Both the position numbers and the translations under genes were made by a program. From Candidatus Multivorans sp. (GTDB lineage: Bacteria > Acidobacteriota > Thermoanaerobaculia > Multivoradales > Multivoraceae), in NCBI GenBank assembly GCA_965224025.1, contig OZ245033.1:800001-864000 (forward strand): a DNA stretch of 64,000 bases, read 5' to 3'. Below are positions 10,809 through 24,736 of this stretch, piece by piece. How positions within the stretch are numbered: the first letter of the stretch is position 1; each line of letters opens with the position of its first letter. Below the pieces are notes generated by a model that did not search any database, was not told the origin of the DNA, and saw only the letters and a program-made list of their open reading frames with translations.

Positions 10809-13006
10809 GCGCCGCAAACGGAACCACTTCGCGCCGCAGCTTCCTTCAGGTCACCGCTCTGGCGGGAGGAGGAATGCTCCTCGGTGTGCGCTTCGGACTC
10901 GACGGTCCGCGCGGCGCCGGTGCTGCCGTAGCCGTCGCCGATGCCGAGGCGGTGCTCAGCGCGTTCGTACGTCTCACGCCGGACGGCGCGGTGACGATCA
11001 TGGCCCAGAACCCCGAGATCGGGCAGGGCGTCAAGACGATGCTGCCGATGCTCATCGCCGAGGAACTCGACATCCCCTGGAGTCAGGTGCGTGTGGAGCA
11101 GGCGGACTTCGATCCGACGAAGTACCGGGGCCAGATGGCCGGCGGCAGCATGGCGACGCCGATGCACTACGAATCGATGCGCCGCGCCGGGGCCGCCGCT
11201 CGCTCCATGCTCGTGGACGCCGCGGCGAAGGAGTGGAAGACGAAGCCTGAGAAGTGCATCACCGAAGCCGGAGTCGTCCGCTTCAAGAACAAGTCGATGT
11301 CCTACGGCGAGCTGGCGAGCGCCGCGGCGAAGATCGAGCCGCCCGACCCCCGGACCGTCGCCCTCAAGGACCCGAAGGACTTCACGATCATCGGCCAGGA
11401 GATTCCGGGAGTAGACAACCCGAAGATCGTCGTTGGCGAGCCGCTGTTCGGCATCGACGTTTCGGTGCCCGGGATGAAGCACGCCGTGTTCGAGAAGTGC
11501 CCGGTCCACGGCGGTCGGGTGAAGAGCGTCGACCTCGACGCCGTCAAGGCGTCGCCCGGCGTCACCGATGCCTTCGTCGTCGACTCGAACGCCGCTCAAC
11601 TGCCGACCAACGGCGTCGCCATCGTCGGCGATTCCTGGTGGCTGGTCAACGAAGCCCGCGGCAAGCTCGAAGTCACCTGGGAGGAAGGATCCACCGCGAC
11701 CCAGAGCACCGAGGACTTCGATCGTCAGGCGCAGGAGCTGTCGAAGGAGGCGCCGCAGCAGAGTCTCAAGGCCGACGGCGACGCGGCCGGGGCGATGGCC
11801 TCGGCGGCCAAGACGCTCAAGGCCGCCTACCAGTATCCCTTCCTCGCCCACGCGCCGCTCGAGCCGCAGAACACGACGGCCCACGTTCACGATGGTGAGC
11901 TGGAGATGTGGGCGCCGAGCCAGACGCCCCAGTTTGCGCGCGGCGACCTCAGCAAGGCCCTGGGCATTCCCCAGGACAAGATCACGATCCACTTGACCCG
12001 CATGGGTGGGGGCTTCGGCAGGCGGCTGTACTTCGACTACATGCTCGAGGCCGCGCTCATCGCGCAGCAGGCGGGAGTCCCGGTCAAGCTGCTGTGGACC
12101 CGCGAAGACGACACCCGCTTCGACTTCTTCCGCCCCGGCGGCTACCACTTCCTGGAAGGTGGTCTCGACGAAGGCGGGAACCTCGTGGCGTGGCGCGACC
12201 ACTTCGTCACCTTCGGTGAGGGCCGGCGCTTCGCCCCGAGCGCCGAGATGTCCCGGAACGAGTTCCCGCAGGCGTTCGTGCCGAACTTCGCGCTCGAGGC
12301 CTCGAAGATGCCACTCGGCATCCCGACCGGAGCGCTGCGTGCACCGACCAGCAACGCGATCTCGTTCGTGGTGCAGTCGTTCATCGACGAGCTCGCGGCC
12401 GAGGCCGGGAAGGACCCGCTCCAGTTCCGCCTCGACCTCCTCGACTCGGCGGAGGCCGGGACCAGGACCGCGTTCGACCCCCAGAGAATGAAGGCCGTAC
12501 TCGAACTCGTGCGCGACAAGTCGGGCTGGGGCAAGACCGAACTGCCGAAGGGGACCGGCCAGGGCGTCGCGTTCCACTTCAGCCATCGCGGCTACTTCGC
12601 CGAAGTGGTTCAGGCCACGGTCAGTCCGGAAGGAGAACTCGGCGTCGACAAGATCTGGGTCGCCGGCGACGTCGGCAGGCAGCTCGTCAACCCGAGCAAC
12701 GCGGTCAACCAGGTCCAGGGCGCGGCGCTCGACGGCCTCGGTCAGGCGCTCGACCAGGAGATCACCTTCGAGGGCGGACGCACGCGGGAGAGCAACTTCC
12801 ACAACTTCAAGCTGCTGCGCATGGACCAGGCGCCGCCGGTGGAAGTGCACTTCGTCAAGAGCGACAATCAGCCCACCGGCCTCGGCGAGCCGGCGCTGCC
12901 GCCGGTCCCGCCGGCACTGTGCAACGCGATCTTCTCCGTGACGGGGAAGCGGGTGCGATCGCTGCCACTTTCCAAGCACGATCTGAGCTACGGCCTGACC
13001 GCCTGA
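10805..13006 (+). CDS. iorB: Xanthine dehydrogenase-family molybdopterin subunit, isoquinoline 1-oxidoreductase beta-like, Tat-exported
   Basis: SRRSFL Tat motif, [18 protein letters not shown] motifs; ATGA overlap with iorA. Confidence 0.9.
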   Translation: MSAANGTTSRRSFLQVTALAGGGMLLGVRFGLDGPRGAGAAVAVADAEAVLSAFVRLTPDGAVTIMAQNPEIGQGVKTMLPMLIAEELDIPWSQVRVEQADFDPTKYRGQMAGGSMATPMHYESMRRAGAAARSMLVDAAAKEWKTKPEKCITEAGVVRFKNKSMSYGELASAAAKIEPPDPRTVALKDPKDFTIIGQEIPGVDNPKIVVGEPLFGIDVSVPGMKHAVFEKCPVHGGRVKSVDLDAVKASPGVTDAFVVDSNAAQLPTNGVAIVGDSWWLVNEARGKLEVTWEEGSTATQSTEDFDRQAQELSKEAPQQSLKADGDAAGAMASAAKTLKAAYQYPFLAHAPLEPQNTTAHVHDGELEMWAPSQTPQFARGDLSKALGIPQDKITIHLTRMGGGFGRRLYFDYMLEAALIAQQAGVPVKLLWTREDDTRFDFFRPGGYHFLEGGLDEGGNLVAWRDHFVTFGEGRRFAPSAEMSRNEFPQAFVPNFALEASKMPLGIPTGALRAPTSNAISFVVQSFIDELAAEAGKDPLQFRLDLLDSAEAGTRTAFDPQRMKAVLELVRDKSGWGKTELPKGTGQGVAFHFSHRGYFAEVVQATVSPEGELGVDKIWVAGDVGRQLVNPSNAVNQVQGAALDGLGQALDQEITFEGGRTRESNFHNFKLLRMDQAPPVEVHFVKSDNQPTGLGEPALPPVPPALCNAIFSVTGKRVRSLPLSKHDLSYGLTA

Positions 13007-15415
<2,409 letters not shown>

Positions 15416-15494
15416 TTCGGTTTCCCCAACTCCCGGCTCAGTCGCTGAAGCGGAGCCGGCCTTGCGGCCGGCGCGTCGCTCTGGCCGCCTGCGG

Positions 15495-16409
15495 CGGCAG
15501 CTCTCGAAGACCCGCGGGGCTTCCTCGAGATGAACGAGCCGCCCGTGATCTTCGACGAAGTGCAGCACGCTCCGAACCTGTTGCCCTACATCCGGGAGCG
15601 GATCGACGCGAATCGCGATGCGCGCGGCCAGTACCTCTTGACGGGATCCCAGAATCTCATGCTGGCCGAGAAGGTGACGGAGTCCCTTGCGGGCCGCGCG
15701 GCGGTTCTCCGGCTGTTTCCTCTCTCGAGGCGTGAGTCCGAAGGCCGCCCGGAACTTCTACTGCCTTGGGAGGGTGGCTCCGCGAGAAGGCCAGCGCCGC
15801 GGGACGCCTACGGTGACCTTTGGCGCGCGTTTTTTCCTGCGGGTGCTGGCGGCACGGAGCGCGCAGTTGCTGAACCTGACCGATGTTGCCAGGGACCTCG
15901 GAGTTGCCGTCAACACGGTCAAGGCATGGCTGTCGATGCTCGAGGCGACATATCAGGTGATCGTGCTCCGTCCGTACTTCGCGAATGTCGGCAAGCGGCT
16001 CGTCAAGACGCCAAAGGTCTACTTCACCGATGTCGGCACGCTGTGCCACCCGGTTGGGTTGAAAGATCCGGGGCACGCGGCCTCGGGGCCAATGAGCGGC
16101 CCGATCATGGAGACTGCGGTCCTCTGCGAGATCGTCAAGACCTTCACTCACCGGGGGGAGGCGCCGCGGGTCTACTTCTGGCGCACGAGGGCCGGGGCCG
16201 AGGTCGACTTCGTGATCGAGGCAGGCGAGAGTCTCGTGCCGGTCAAGGTGAAGGTCTCAGCCACTCCGCGACCGGCGATGGCCAGGACGATCAGGACGTT
16301 GCAGGGGGAGCTCGGAGCGACCGCTACTCGCGGGTACGTCGTGCATCCGGGCGACGTGTCCCTGCCGGTGGGCCAGGGAGCAAGGGCTTTGCCGTTCGGT
16401 GAGTTGTAG
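15495..16409 (+). pseudogene. AAA+ ATPase with DUF4143 domain; N-terminally truncated, internally deleted and frameshifted
   Basis: IFDEVQH, LTGSQ, ESLAGR in one frame; KRLVKTPKVYFTD, FWRT..EVDF in another; no Walker A. Confidence 0.8.
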
Positions 16410-16569
16410 GCAACGGAGCGTCGGAAGAGACGTCTGTCCAGGATTGTTGACAGCAGTGTGCGGCGCCGCCGGGCCCCGGCGCCAAACGCTCGACAATCGC
16501 GGTTGTCAAGCATCCTTGACGTGCGCGCGGCACCACGCGAATCCTGGTGTGGCGACACCAGGCTGCGGC

Positions 16570-17586
16570 TCACAGGAAGGCGTCGCCGGCGTGATCCTCG
16601 AAGGCGTCCGCCAGCCGAATGTAGCGCAGCACCATGCCGGCGCTCGCGTGCCGAGTGACGTCCATGATCTTGTCCAGACGGGCGCCGTGGGCGGCGGCGC
16701 TGGTGACGAACCCGGCCCGCAGCGAGTGCCCCGAGTAGTCGGCCGGGTCGAGACCGATGGCCTGCACGCAGCGCTTCACGACACGTGCCACTTCGGTGGG
16801 ATGCAGCGCCTTCCCTCGCGGGCGTCCGCCCCGCCAGAGGCTCTGAAAGGCGGGGCCGTCCGTGTTTCCGGCTACGCTCAGCCAGCGCCGCATCCGCTCC
16901 ACCGGCCGAATGCTTGAACCCTCCGGGACCGCGATTCTCTGGCCCCTGCCTGGCTGGTCCGTCTTCGATCGCCGGATATGCAGGAACATGCCTCCCGGTT
17001 CATCGGTTCTACCCAGGAACTCGATGTCGGCCACCCGCAGGCCGCAAATCTCCGAACGCCTGAGCGCGCCCCGCGAAGCCGACCGCGACGACCGCCGCGT
17101 CCCGGATCGCCAGCGCTCGGCGTTCCCTCCGCGCGGCAAGCCGGTCACAGTAGGAGAGGATCGCTCTGATCTCACCTTCGCGAAGTGCCTTCACACGCCG
17201 CGGCGGCCCGCCGGCCAGTCGCCCGAGGCCCCGAAGAACGCTCCTCACCGTCTCGTGACGGGCCGGGGAGCCGAGGCTGCTCTCCCTGTACTTGCGGTTG
17301 ATCGCGGCCAGACAGATCTTGATCGTGCTGGGCGCCAGCGGCCCGCCTGTTTCATGTCCACACGCCGTGGGCCGGGCCCCGACGCCATCGCGACCAGGAA
17401 CTCCGCCACGTTCTCGGGCGTGACGGCCATCGGATCGAGCTGTCTCTCCTCGCAGTAGGCGGCGAACCGCCGCCAGCCGTTGCGGTACGCCATGCGCGTG
17501 TTCTCCGCCAGCGAGGTTCGCAGCGCGTCGGCGACGGAAACTTCAGTGGTCGGATCGTCGCGTTCAGGTTCGCCGTGGAAGGGCAT
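16570..17586 (-). pseudogene. Cre-like tyrosine recombinase with N-terminal SAM-like domain, two frameshifts
   Basis: LAENTRMAY..W..F, RDAA, LRRSE, RRSKTDQ, GHSLRAG, RH..Y pieces spread over three ORFs. Confidence 0.85.
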
Positions 17587-17959
17587 CGAGAACGTCTCCT
17601 TGTGCGGGGCATCGGTTCATCGTGCTTCCTCTGCTGTCAAGTCACGCGAGAGCGGTTCACCGGGCGGCCGGAGCACGCTCTGTAACCGCGATTGCCGGCG
17701 TTAGTGTGGTCGGCACAGCAGAGAAGCCAGTCCGGGAGGTTAGAACGTGGGGCGAGGCGATGCACGGGAGCGGCGGAGGGAGTCGTCGTGGTACGCGGTC
17801 TTCCTGTTGCTCGTCGTCTTCGCTAGGGCATTGCGGCGGGCGCGCCGACAGTCGTCCTCCTCAGTGAGGTTCTTGCCCTCTTGGCCCTCGAAGGGGGCGA
17901 CTTGACACAAGCTGCCGGCGTCGGCTCTGGCGCAGGCGATCACCAATGAGAGGATGCTC

Positions 17960-18271
17960 ATGTCCAGAAGACCACTATCGACGACGAAGCTGCTAACGCT
18001 GGTGGCATTGGCCGCCCTGTCGCTTCTCACTTGCTCGGGGATCGACTACAATATCAGCTATGCGCACGGCTACGGAAACACCGAAGCTGCGGCGTGTGAG
18101 CGTGCCCACGAGAACGCCGATGTCTTCGCGGGAAGGTGTCAGTTGGAACCCTGCCGGTACAGGTCCGAGGATGTCATTCCGGACGATATGGACGACTGGG
18201 AAGACTGCAACAAACGTCTGCCCTGTTACCGAGCGACAATCGTCATTGACTGTCCCGATTCGAGTTACTGA
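17960..18271 (+). CDS. Small Cys-rich putative lipoprotein, unknown function
   Basis: Hydrophobic signal ending LLTC; six further Cys; GAGAGGA RBS-like sequence upstream. Confidence 0.5.
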   Translation: MSRRPLSTTKLLTLVALAALSLLTCSGIDYNISYAHGYGNTEAAACERAHENADVFAGRCQLEPCRYRSEDVIPDDMDDWEDCNKRLPCYRATIVIDCPDSSY

Positions 18272-18331
18272 GTTCGGTGCACAATGCAGGACCTTGCCCG
18301 GAAGCACACATCGGCGCGCAGGAGAAACAGG

Positions 18332-19671
18332 GGCGCTTCAGGGTTGTGTGTGGGCATGAAGTGACTCCGGCGCGAGGTCGAGTCCGCCGAGATGGAAGTA
18401 GATGGCGAGCCGGAAGTGTGCTCGGTTTCGATAGCCGTGCGCTTTTCGCTTGATCTCCTGTATCTTCGCGTTGATGCCTTCGGCGCGGGCGTTGGAGACG
18501 GTGGACACGGCGGCGTTGATGACGGCATCCCAGTGGTTCTTGATCATCTTCGCCACCTGCTTGATCGGTTCCAGGCGACTGCGGACGGCCCAGTTGTACC
18601 AGCGCTTCCACCGTCGCTCGGCCCAGCCGCGGCGCACGTAGCCCCACGAGGAGCGCGCCATCTCCTTGATCGCCCAAGCGCGAGCCACGCGAAGGTGACT
18701 CGCGCGAAGAGCAGCGAAACGCCGCTGCTGCAGGCGCGTCATTCGTCCACTCTTCATCAACCACAGGTAGCGGCTCCGCTTCAGACGCGAATCCCCCGCT
18801 TCGAGCAGCTCCCGCTGCTCAGCACGGCGAACCAGGTCCACGGCGTGGTTCAGGTGCGCGACGATGTGGAACCTGTCGTGCACGATGTCCGCATCCGTGT
18901 ACTCCTCCACCGAGGAGATGTAGGCCGGCCACATGTCCATCGCCACCTGCTCGATACCCGCGCAGCTCTTCTCACCCAACTCCTGGAAGTAACCGTCGAT
19001 GGCCGACCGGCCGCGACCGTCGGCCACATGGGTCACCACCCCGCGTCCCAGATCGTTGACTACCGTCACGTACTCGTGGCGCTTCCGAAACGACGTCTCG
19101 TCCACGCCGATCAACCGAGGCGGCTTCATCTCTCGCCGTGCCAGACCCCGTTCCACGGCCCGCCGCTGAATCCCCGCCGCCTGATCCCAACTCAGACCCA
19201 GACGGCAAGCCGCCGCATGCACGCTTGCCTCACGCAGCCACTCGACAGCCTCCGCTTCGAACAGCGCCGTGAACCGCGAACCCGAGTCCGCCCAAGGCAC
19301 CTTCAACTGGCGAATGCCGTGCTCGACGCAACGCACCCGAGGCACCTCCGCGTGAACCCGAGTCTGGTGCTGCATCGTGTCCAGGTGACGCCAACGGCGA
19401 TGCCTCTTGTCGTAGCCCGGACACGGCAAACCGCACTCCGGACAGCGAGTCTCTCCACAATGCTCGACGTGGATCTCCACCGTGCCGCCAACCACCGGAC
19501 CCCGGCGACGCGGATGCCGCTCGTCCATGCGAAGCACCACCTCCCGCACACCCCACGGCGGCTTGATCCCCAACAGCCTCTCGAACGTCTTGGCACTCTT
19601 CATCCCGCCAGTCTAAGGCCGATCGGCAGCCTCTCTAGCAGCTCCGTCCCCACACAACAGCCTGAAGACCC
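18332..19671 (-). mobile_element. ISL3-family insertion sequence
   Basis: Imperfect IRs GGCGCTTCAGGGTTGTGTG / CACACAACAGCCTGAAGACCC; 8-bp direct repeat GAAACAGG at 18324-18331 and 19672-19679. Confidence 0.92.
18338..19603 (-). CDS. ISL3-family transposase
   Basis: CPEC zinc finger, [26 protein letters not shown] motifs. Confidence 0.95.
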   Translation of the reverse strand: MKSAKTFERLLGIKPPWGVREVVLRMDERHPRRRGPVVGGTVEIHVEHCGETRCPECGLPCPGYDKRHRRWRHLDTMQHQTRVHAEVPRVRCVEHGIRQLKVPWADSGSRFTALFEAEAVEWLREASVHAAACRLGLSWDQAAGIQRRAVERGLARREMKPPRLIGVDETSFRKRHEYVTVVNDLGRGVVTHVADGRGRSAIDGYFQELGEKSCAGIEQVAMDMWPAYISSVEEYTDADIVHDRFHIVAHLNHAVDLVRRAEQRELLEAGDSRLKRSRYLWLMKSGRMTRLQQRRFAALRASHLRVARAWAIKEMARSSWGYVRRGWAERRWKRWYNWAVRSRLEPIKQVAKMIKNHWDAVINAAVSTVSNARAEGINAKIQEIKRKAHGYRNRAHFRLAIYFHLGGLDLAPESLHAHTQP

Positions 19672-19838
19672 GAAACAGGAAGAAGGGTCGGCTCCTGTTG
19701 CCTTCGAGAGAGGGGAGTTGCTCCGGTCGGTCCGACCCCGGCGGGCACGCCCTTAGGTCCTAACTGACTTAACAAGATCCGCAAGCGTAGCTCCTCGCGT
19801 TGCAGTCCACTGACACGACTACAAAGGAGAGGCAAAGA

Positions 19839-20954
19839 ATGAGTGAGAATCCCCAGGGGAGTCGCGGGGCGGCCCGCCTCCGACTTCTCCCGTCCCTGAA
19901 CACGCCGCTTACGGCAGCGGCCTTGATTCTCGGCTGCGTTCCAATCTTATTCTCCTATGCAGAGAGTCACCGCCAGCAGCCGGATGTCAAGCTGCATGTG
20001 GAGCACTACGCGGTTCGGGCTGACCCGGTGAAGCGCGTAACTGCGGACACGTTGGCGCTGGATCTGGAGGGGCTCGAATCCACGTACCGCCACGTCTCAG
20101 GAACTTACCTAATAGACGCGATGGACCGTGTGCTGGAGGTAACCCAGGCGGTGCAATCGAGCGGAGAAGGCGCCTCGCAAGAAGGGGACGCCGTGCAGAC
20201 AAAGGCTGACTTGGTTGCGATTCTCTCGGATACGCAGGATCAACTCGCCGAAGAGCTGAGGAGGAGAGAGGAGCGCAGGGGTGACTTGATAGGTGGACTG
20301 AAAAGGCTCTTGGAGAGCGGGGACGAAGTGTGGTCCGACGAGTCTTGGCACAGTAACATACGCGAGGAACTCGAGAACCTTGAGAGGCTTCACGCGGACC
20401 AGACGGGTCTTGGCATCGTGGCGCTCCTGTGGGAGGTGGATTCGTCGCCTCCCGAGGAAATGAAGGAGCGGATTGGAGGTCTTGTGGTTGCACTGGAGGA
20501 GGAGCGAGGGCTGGATGAGGGGGATCTGGCGGATCTACTCGAAGAACTGGATGGGCTACGTCAGCAGCACGCCGAGAGCGAACCGACACAGCGTCTTCAT
20601 GTGGAGTTGCTTCTTGAGAACCACAGTCAACTCGGTACAGTTGTGCCACGGAAGGCACGCATTCGGTTCACGGCCGCCGACGGCTCTACAGAGGACGTGG
20701 AGCTTACGGCTGACGGGGACGTCCGAATGGAGGGCCACTCGGTGGCGAACATGCAAGTAGAGTCAAAGGGCTTGGGTGATCTTGACAGCGAGGTGGCCGG
20801 ACTACTTCGCGGCCTAGAGGGCCGGCCCGTTAGGTGCGATGTTGTAGTTCTCGACCTCTCCGGGAGGTCTTGGTTTGGCGAGTGCGGAAAGGTGTCGCGA
20901 GCGGTGAGCTTGGACGAGAGACTCAAACAGGCTCTGAGTCAGGCCAAGTTCTGA
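19839..20954 (+). CDS. Hypothetical protein: N-terminal membrane anchor, acidic coiled-coil centre, beta-rich C-terminus
   Basis: Long open frame with AAGGAG RBS; lower GC than its neighbours. Confidence 0.65.
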   Translation: MSENPQGSRGAARLRLLPSLNTPLTAAALILGCVPILFSYAESHRQQPDVKLHVEHYAVRADPVKRVTADTLALDLEGLESTYRHVSGTYLIDAMDRVLEVTQAVQSSGEGASQEGDAVQTKADLVAILSDTQDQLAEELRRREERRGDLIGGLKRLLESGDEVWSDESWHSNIREELENLERLHADQTGLGIVALLWEVDSSPPEEMKERIGGLVVALEEERGLDEGDLADLLEELDGLRQQHAESEPTQRLHVELLLENHSQLGTVVPRKARIRFTAADGSTEDVELTADGDVRMEGHSVANMQVESKGLGDLDSEVAGLLRGLEGRPVRCDVVVLDLSGRSWFGECGKVSRAVSLDERLKQALSQAKF

Positions 20955-21280
20955 GTGAGGCGCGTCGATAGTTCCGACGTCATCCTCCCCCACACACACC
21001 GGTGAGCGGCCGCTTTCAAGGCGGCAAAAACGGTAGTAGAGGACGACGGGAAGGGCGGCAAACACCGCTTTCGTTAGCGGAATCGACATCGGCCGCCCCG
21101 CCTCCTGCCGCTCAACAGACCAACCCCTGGAACAAGAACGTATCGCCCGGCGGCGACATCGAGAGGCTCGTCTACAAGAAGGTCGACATCGTGCCGCCGA
21201 TCCTGCCGCTCCCTATGGAACCACTCCTCGCCGAACCCGTGAAGCAGGTGCCCCGGCCGACCCCCTCGAAGGGCCCAAAC

Positions 21281-21340
21281 TGAGGTAGTGCCGATCTTCG
21301 CGTGGAGGTCGAGGAATTCCTCCTCGCGGTCGGGACGCCC
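21281..21340 (-). mobile_element. Remnant of an IS3 element related to 34554-35850
   Basis: TGAGGTAGT end joined to sequence encoding EEEFLDLHAKIG (compare OrfA EEEIRDLHAKIG). Confidence 0.5.
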
Positions 21341-21706
21341 TCGTGCTGGCAACGCTGAGAACTGGGGCTAGCGTCGCTTGGAGGCATTGCTTGCAAGACG
21401 AGCCACCTCGGCCGTGCTTCAAGTGTACGGGAGTGTTCCTCCTCGTTCTCTTTCGGCGGTCAGTAGTCGCGTCGTTTGCTATGGCGGTGGGGCGTGTGGC
21501 AGCGGGCCATCGGGGGACGGAGGCCGCGTCGGGGCGCGGGAAGAGAACCTGCGTGATCTACTTAGTTGGGGGGCCGAGAAGCTTTGCCGCGCGTGCGGGT
21601 GGCGGCCGCCATGACCGAGCGAAGCATGCATGCGCTGGGAAAGAAAGCTACTGACCTGATTCTCAGGCGGCACGGAGACCCGAAGACATAGACAAGGGGA
21701 GGCAGC

Positions 21707-22207
21707 ATGAGGTTCATCAAGCTCGTCGGATCCACGCTTGGGGTGTTGTTGATTGCATCTCTCGGCCTGATCGTGTGGGTGAACGCGAGTTCGGATGAGC
21801 AGAAAGAGCAGGCGATAGAAGCAGCGGCCGAGGCGATGGTTGCGCCGTTGGAGGTCGCCGTCGCACTCATGGCGGAACCGCCGGCCGAGGAGCTTCCTCC
21901 AGACGACGTCATGCTGGCGGAGATCGAGACCTTGCTGGCGGATGTGGAAGCGCTCTACGCCGAGCTGATCGGCATACGCGAAGCGATCGAGGCTGCGCAT
22001 ACGGACGAATGGGAGAAGCGTTGGGCCAGGGACGCGGTGACCTTGGCGAGGATGGACAAGAAGCGGGCCGTCGAGGCAGTGAACCAGCGGGCTGAGAGCG
22101 CAAGGTCTGGCTTCGGCACGTGGCGCCGCGGAGCTCCAAAAGGCAATGGTGGAGCAGGAGGTCGCCAAAGCCAGGGAGAAGCTGCCGAGCGTCAGACGTG
22201 CACATGA
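21707..22207 (+). CDS. Hypothetical protein with N-terminal signal/TM helix
   Basis: GGAGG RBS, hydrophobic N-terminus, helical body. Confidence 0.55.
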   Translation: MRFIKLVGSTLGVLLIASLGLIVWVNASSDEQKEQAIEAAAEAMVAPLEVAVALMAEPPAEELPPDDVMLAEIETLLADVEALYAELIGIREAIEAAHTDEWEKRWARDAVTLARMDKKRAVEAVNQRAESARSGFGTWRRGAPKGNGGAGGRQSQGEAAERQTCT

Positions 22208-22292
22208 TCCTGTTGAGTGAGTCGTACCCGCGACTGGGACGAGACGGCCTGCCGTTCGGCGAGCGAACCGATGAGGGTTCGGCGCTTCGATC

Positions 22293-23093
22293 CTAGGCCT
22301 TGTGCCGCGAACCCGGCGCCGGCGGTGTCTCGGGCGGCCCGGCAAAGCACTGGGCCATGCCCATCCACTCGGTGGCGATCGGTCCCTCGACGTCGAGTGA
22401 GGTGTCGGCGACGTTGCGCACGTGGGTGACGACCTGGGCGAAGTCGACGGCCTTGCCGGTGATCCGGTTCGCGGTTTCGTCCGCGTTCCAGGTCCAGATG
22501 TCGTCGAATGGGGCAGTCAGGTGCAGGGCCGGAACGGTGTCGGGGATCTCCATTCCGCGGACCGCGTAGGTCCAGCCGAAGGTGTTGAGCCCCAGGAAGA
22601 CGATGTTCCGGATCCGGTCGGTTTCTTCCCGGTCGAGTCCGAGCAGGTCGAAGACCTCCTGGGCGTGCGCCCAAGTCTCCATCTGCCGTGCGGTGATCGA
22701 ACTCCGCGCGCTCATCGGCGGTCCGAACCACTCCACGCGCATTCTCGGGTCGACGCCCTCGAGGCGTTCGCACATCCGGGGGTAGTACTCGCGCCAGACG
22801 TCCTAGACGGCGCGGTTGCGCTTGCCTTCGAGCCATTCGTCGGTCAGCTCGAGCAGGGTGAGCCGGCCGCGCCGGGTGGCCATGAACTGCTTGAAGTCGT
22901 CGAAGGCGGACTGATCGTGGATCGATGCGTCGGCGGCGTAGTTGAAGATGTGGAGCTGGGCGACGACGTCGTGGATCGTCCACTCCTTGAACAGGGTGGC
23001 CCGTTCGAAGTCGTCGTCCGACAGCGGCTCCAGGATCTCGGCCAGACAGTCGCATTCGGCTCGGAAATCAGCGATCTGCGTGAAGCTGCTCAA
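22293..23093 (-). pseudogene. TIGR03084-like protein (copy 2) with nonsense TAG at 22803-22805
   Basis: Colinear paralog of 9175-9981; the Tyr codon TAC of copy 1 (AVYD) is TAG here. Confidence 0.85.
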
Positions 23094-23113
23094 CTCGTCT
23101 CCTTTCTCTGGCG

Positions 23114-24736
23114 CTAACGCCGAATCGGCCTGCCCGGCCGATTCCCCGTGGTCTCGCCGCCTTCGAACACCAACTGCCCATTGACCCACACCTTCTCGAT
23201 TCCCAGGGAAGGTATGTGCGGCTCCTCGTATGTCGATTGCTCCGTGACCGTCTCGGGGTCGAACAGCACCAGATCGGCGTAGTGACCCTCCCTGATCGCG
23301 CCGCGTTCAGCGATCCCAACGTGCTGGGCGGAGAGCGAGGTCATCTTCCGGATGCCCTCTTCGAGGGTGACGACGCCGCGGTCACGAACGTAGTGCCCCA
23401 AGAACCGGGTAAAGGCGCCGAACCCGCGTGGATGGGAACCGGCGAGCCCACCGTCGCTGCCGATGACGGTGTGTGGCCAGGCCATGATGGACTCGATGTC
23501 GGGTTCGTCCATGGCGAAACCCAGCATGGGGGATTCGCCGCCCGCTTCGGTGTCGGCCTTCAGTAGCTCCATCAGGGTCGTCTCGGGGTCGGAGCCGCGG
23601 AGTTCGGCGATCTCGGCGAGGGTCAGACCGTTGTAGTCCGGTTCCGGCAGAAAGTCGGGAAGGAGGATGTCCTCGGGCGAAAGCAGATCGCTGAGGATGT
23701 ACTCCGCCCCGTCCCGTCGATCGAGATCTCGATCCGGAAACACGGTCGTCAGCCAGGTGAAGGACGTGGCCCAGGCCCGGTAGGGGTAGATATCCGCCGT
23801 GATCTCGACGCCTGACGCCCGGGCTTCATCCAGCCGGTTCTTGAGACGTTCGGCCTGCCCCCACCAACGGTTCATGGCGAGCTTGATGTGGGCCACCTGC
23901 ACCGGTAGCTGGGCTTCGCGACCGATCTCGATGATCTCTTCGATCGCTTCCCAGAAGTACCGGTCCTCGCTGCGGATGTGGCTGATGTAGCGGCCTCCGT
24001 GGGCGGCGGCAACGCTGGCGAGTTGCACGACTTCTTCGGTCGTCGAGAAGGAACCCGGGTCGTACTCCAGCCCGGACGAAAGTCCGAGAGCGCCGGCTTC
24101 GAGTTCCTGGCGGAACAGATTCGCCATCTCGCCGACCTCTTCCGGCGTGGCATGGCGCATGTAGTCCTCGCCCATGACCTCGCTGCGCAGCGTCCCGAAA
24201 CCGGCGTAGGAGGCGACGTTGACGGCGGCGGGCGTGGTCTCGAGTTCGGCGAAGAACTCCGCCAGTGGGTACTGCTGGCCTCCGTCCTGCCCGGCCACGA
24301 TGGTCGTGATGCCCTGGTTGACCGCCGCCAGCGCCTCCGGGAGCTCGAACAGCTTGAAGTCGTGGTGACTGTGGACATCAATGAATCCGGACGCCAGGAT
24401 CAGGCCGTCCGCGTCGACGACGGCGTCCTCGGCCGACGGCTCGAAGTTGCCGACGGCGGCTATGCGGTCGCCGACGATGCGGACGTTGACGTCGCGGGAG
24501 GGTAGGCCGCTGCCGTCGACGACGCGGGCGTTGACGATGACGACGGGCGTCGGCGCAGGTTCGCCGGGGGCGCAAGTTGCCATGGTCAGGCCGAGGCTGA
24601 CCAGCAGCGCGAGACAGTGTGGCGAGGCTACGCCTCGCCCGATACTCCGCGCGGCGCCGCTTCGCGTCGCCACGCGGGGAGCCGGCCAGAGGCCGGCGGA
24701 CCCAGCGAAGCGATACCGGCGTCCCCGCCCCATCAT
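23114..24736 (-). CDS. N-acyl-D-amino-acid deacylase (amidohydrolase family)
   Basis: GFIDVHSH, GLSSGLEY, SHIRSE, GSDGG..HPRGFG, ADLVLFD motifs; start uncertain. Confidence 0.88.
   Translation of the reverse strand: MMGRGRRYRFAGSAGLWPAPRVATRSGAARSIGRGVASPHCLALLVSLGLTMATCAPGEPAPTPVVIVNARVVDGSGLPSRDVNVRIVGDRIAAVGNFEPSAEDAVVDADGLILASGFIDVHSHHDFKLFELPEALAAVNQGITTIVAGQDGGQQYPLAEFFAELETTPAAVNVASYAGFGTLRSEVMGEDYMRHATPEEVGEMANLFRQELEAGALGLSSGLEYDPGSFSTTEEVVQLASVAAAHGGRYISHIRSEDRYFWEAIEEIIEIGREAQLPVQVAHIKLAMNRWWGQAERLKNRLDEARASGVEITADIYPYRAWATSFTWLTTVFPDRDLDRRDGAEYILSDLLSPEDILLPDFLPEPDYNGLTLAEIAELRGSDPETTLMELLKADTEAGGESPMLGFAMDEPDIESIMAWPHTVIGSDGGLAGSHPRGFGAFTRFLGHYVRDRGVVTLEEGIRKMTSLSAQHVGIAERGAIREGHYADLVLFDPETVTEQSTYEEPHIPSLGIEKVWVNGQLVFEGGETTGNRPGRPIRR

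Noticed and set aside
16570-22207. Integron (integrase with divergent small ORFs)
   Set aside because: Recombinase is Cre-like without a recognisable IntI insertion, and no repeated attC-like sites were found
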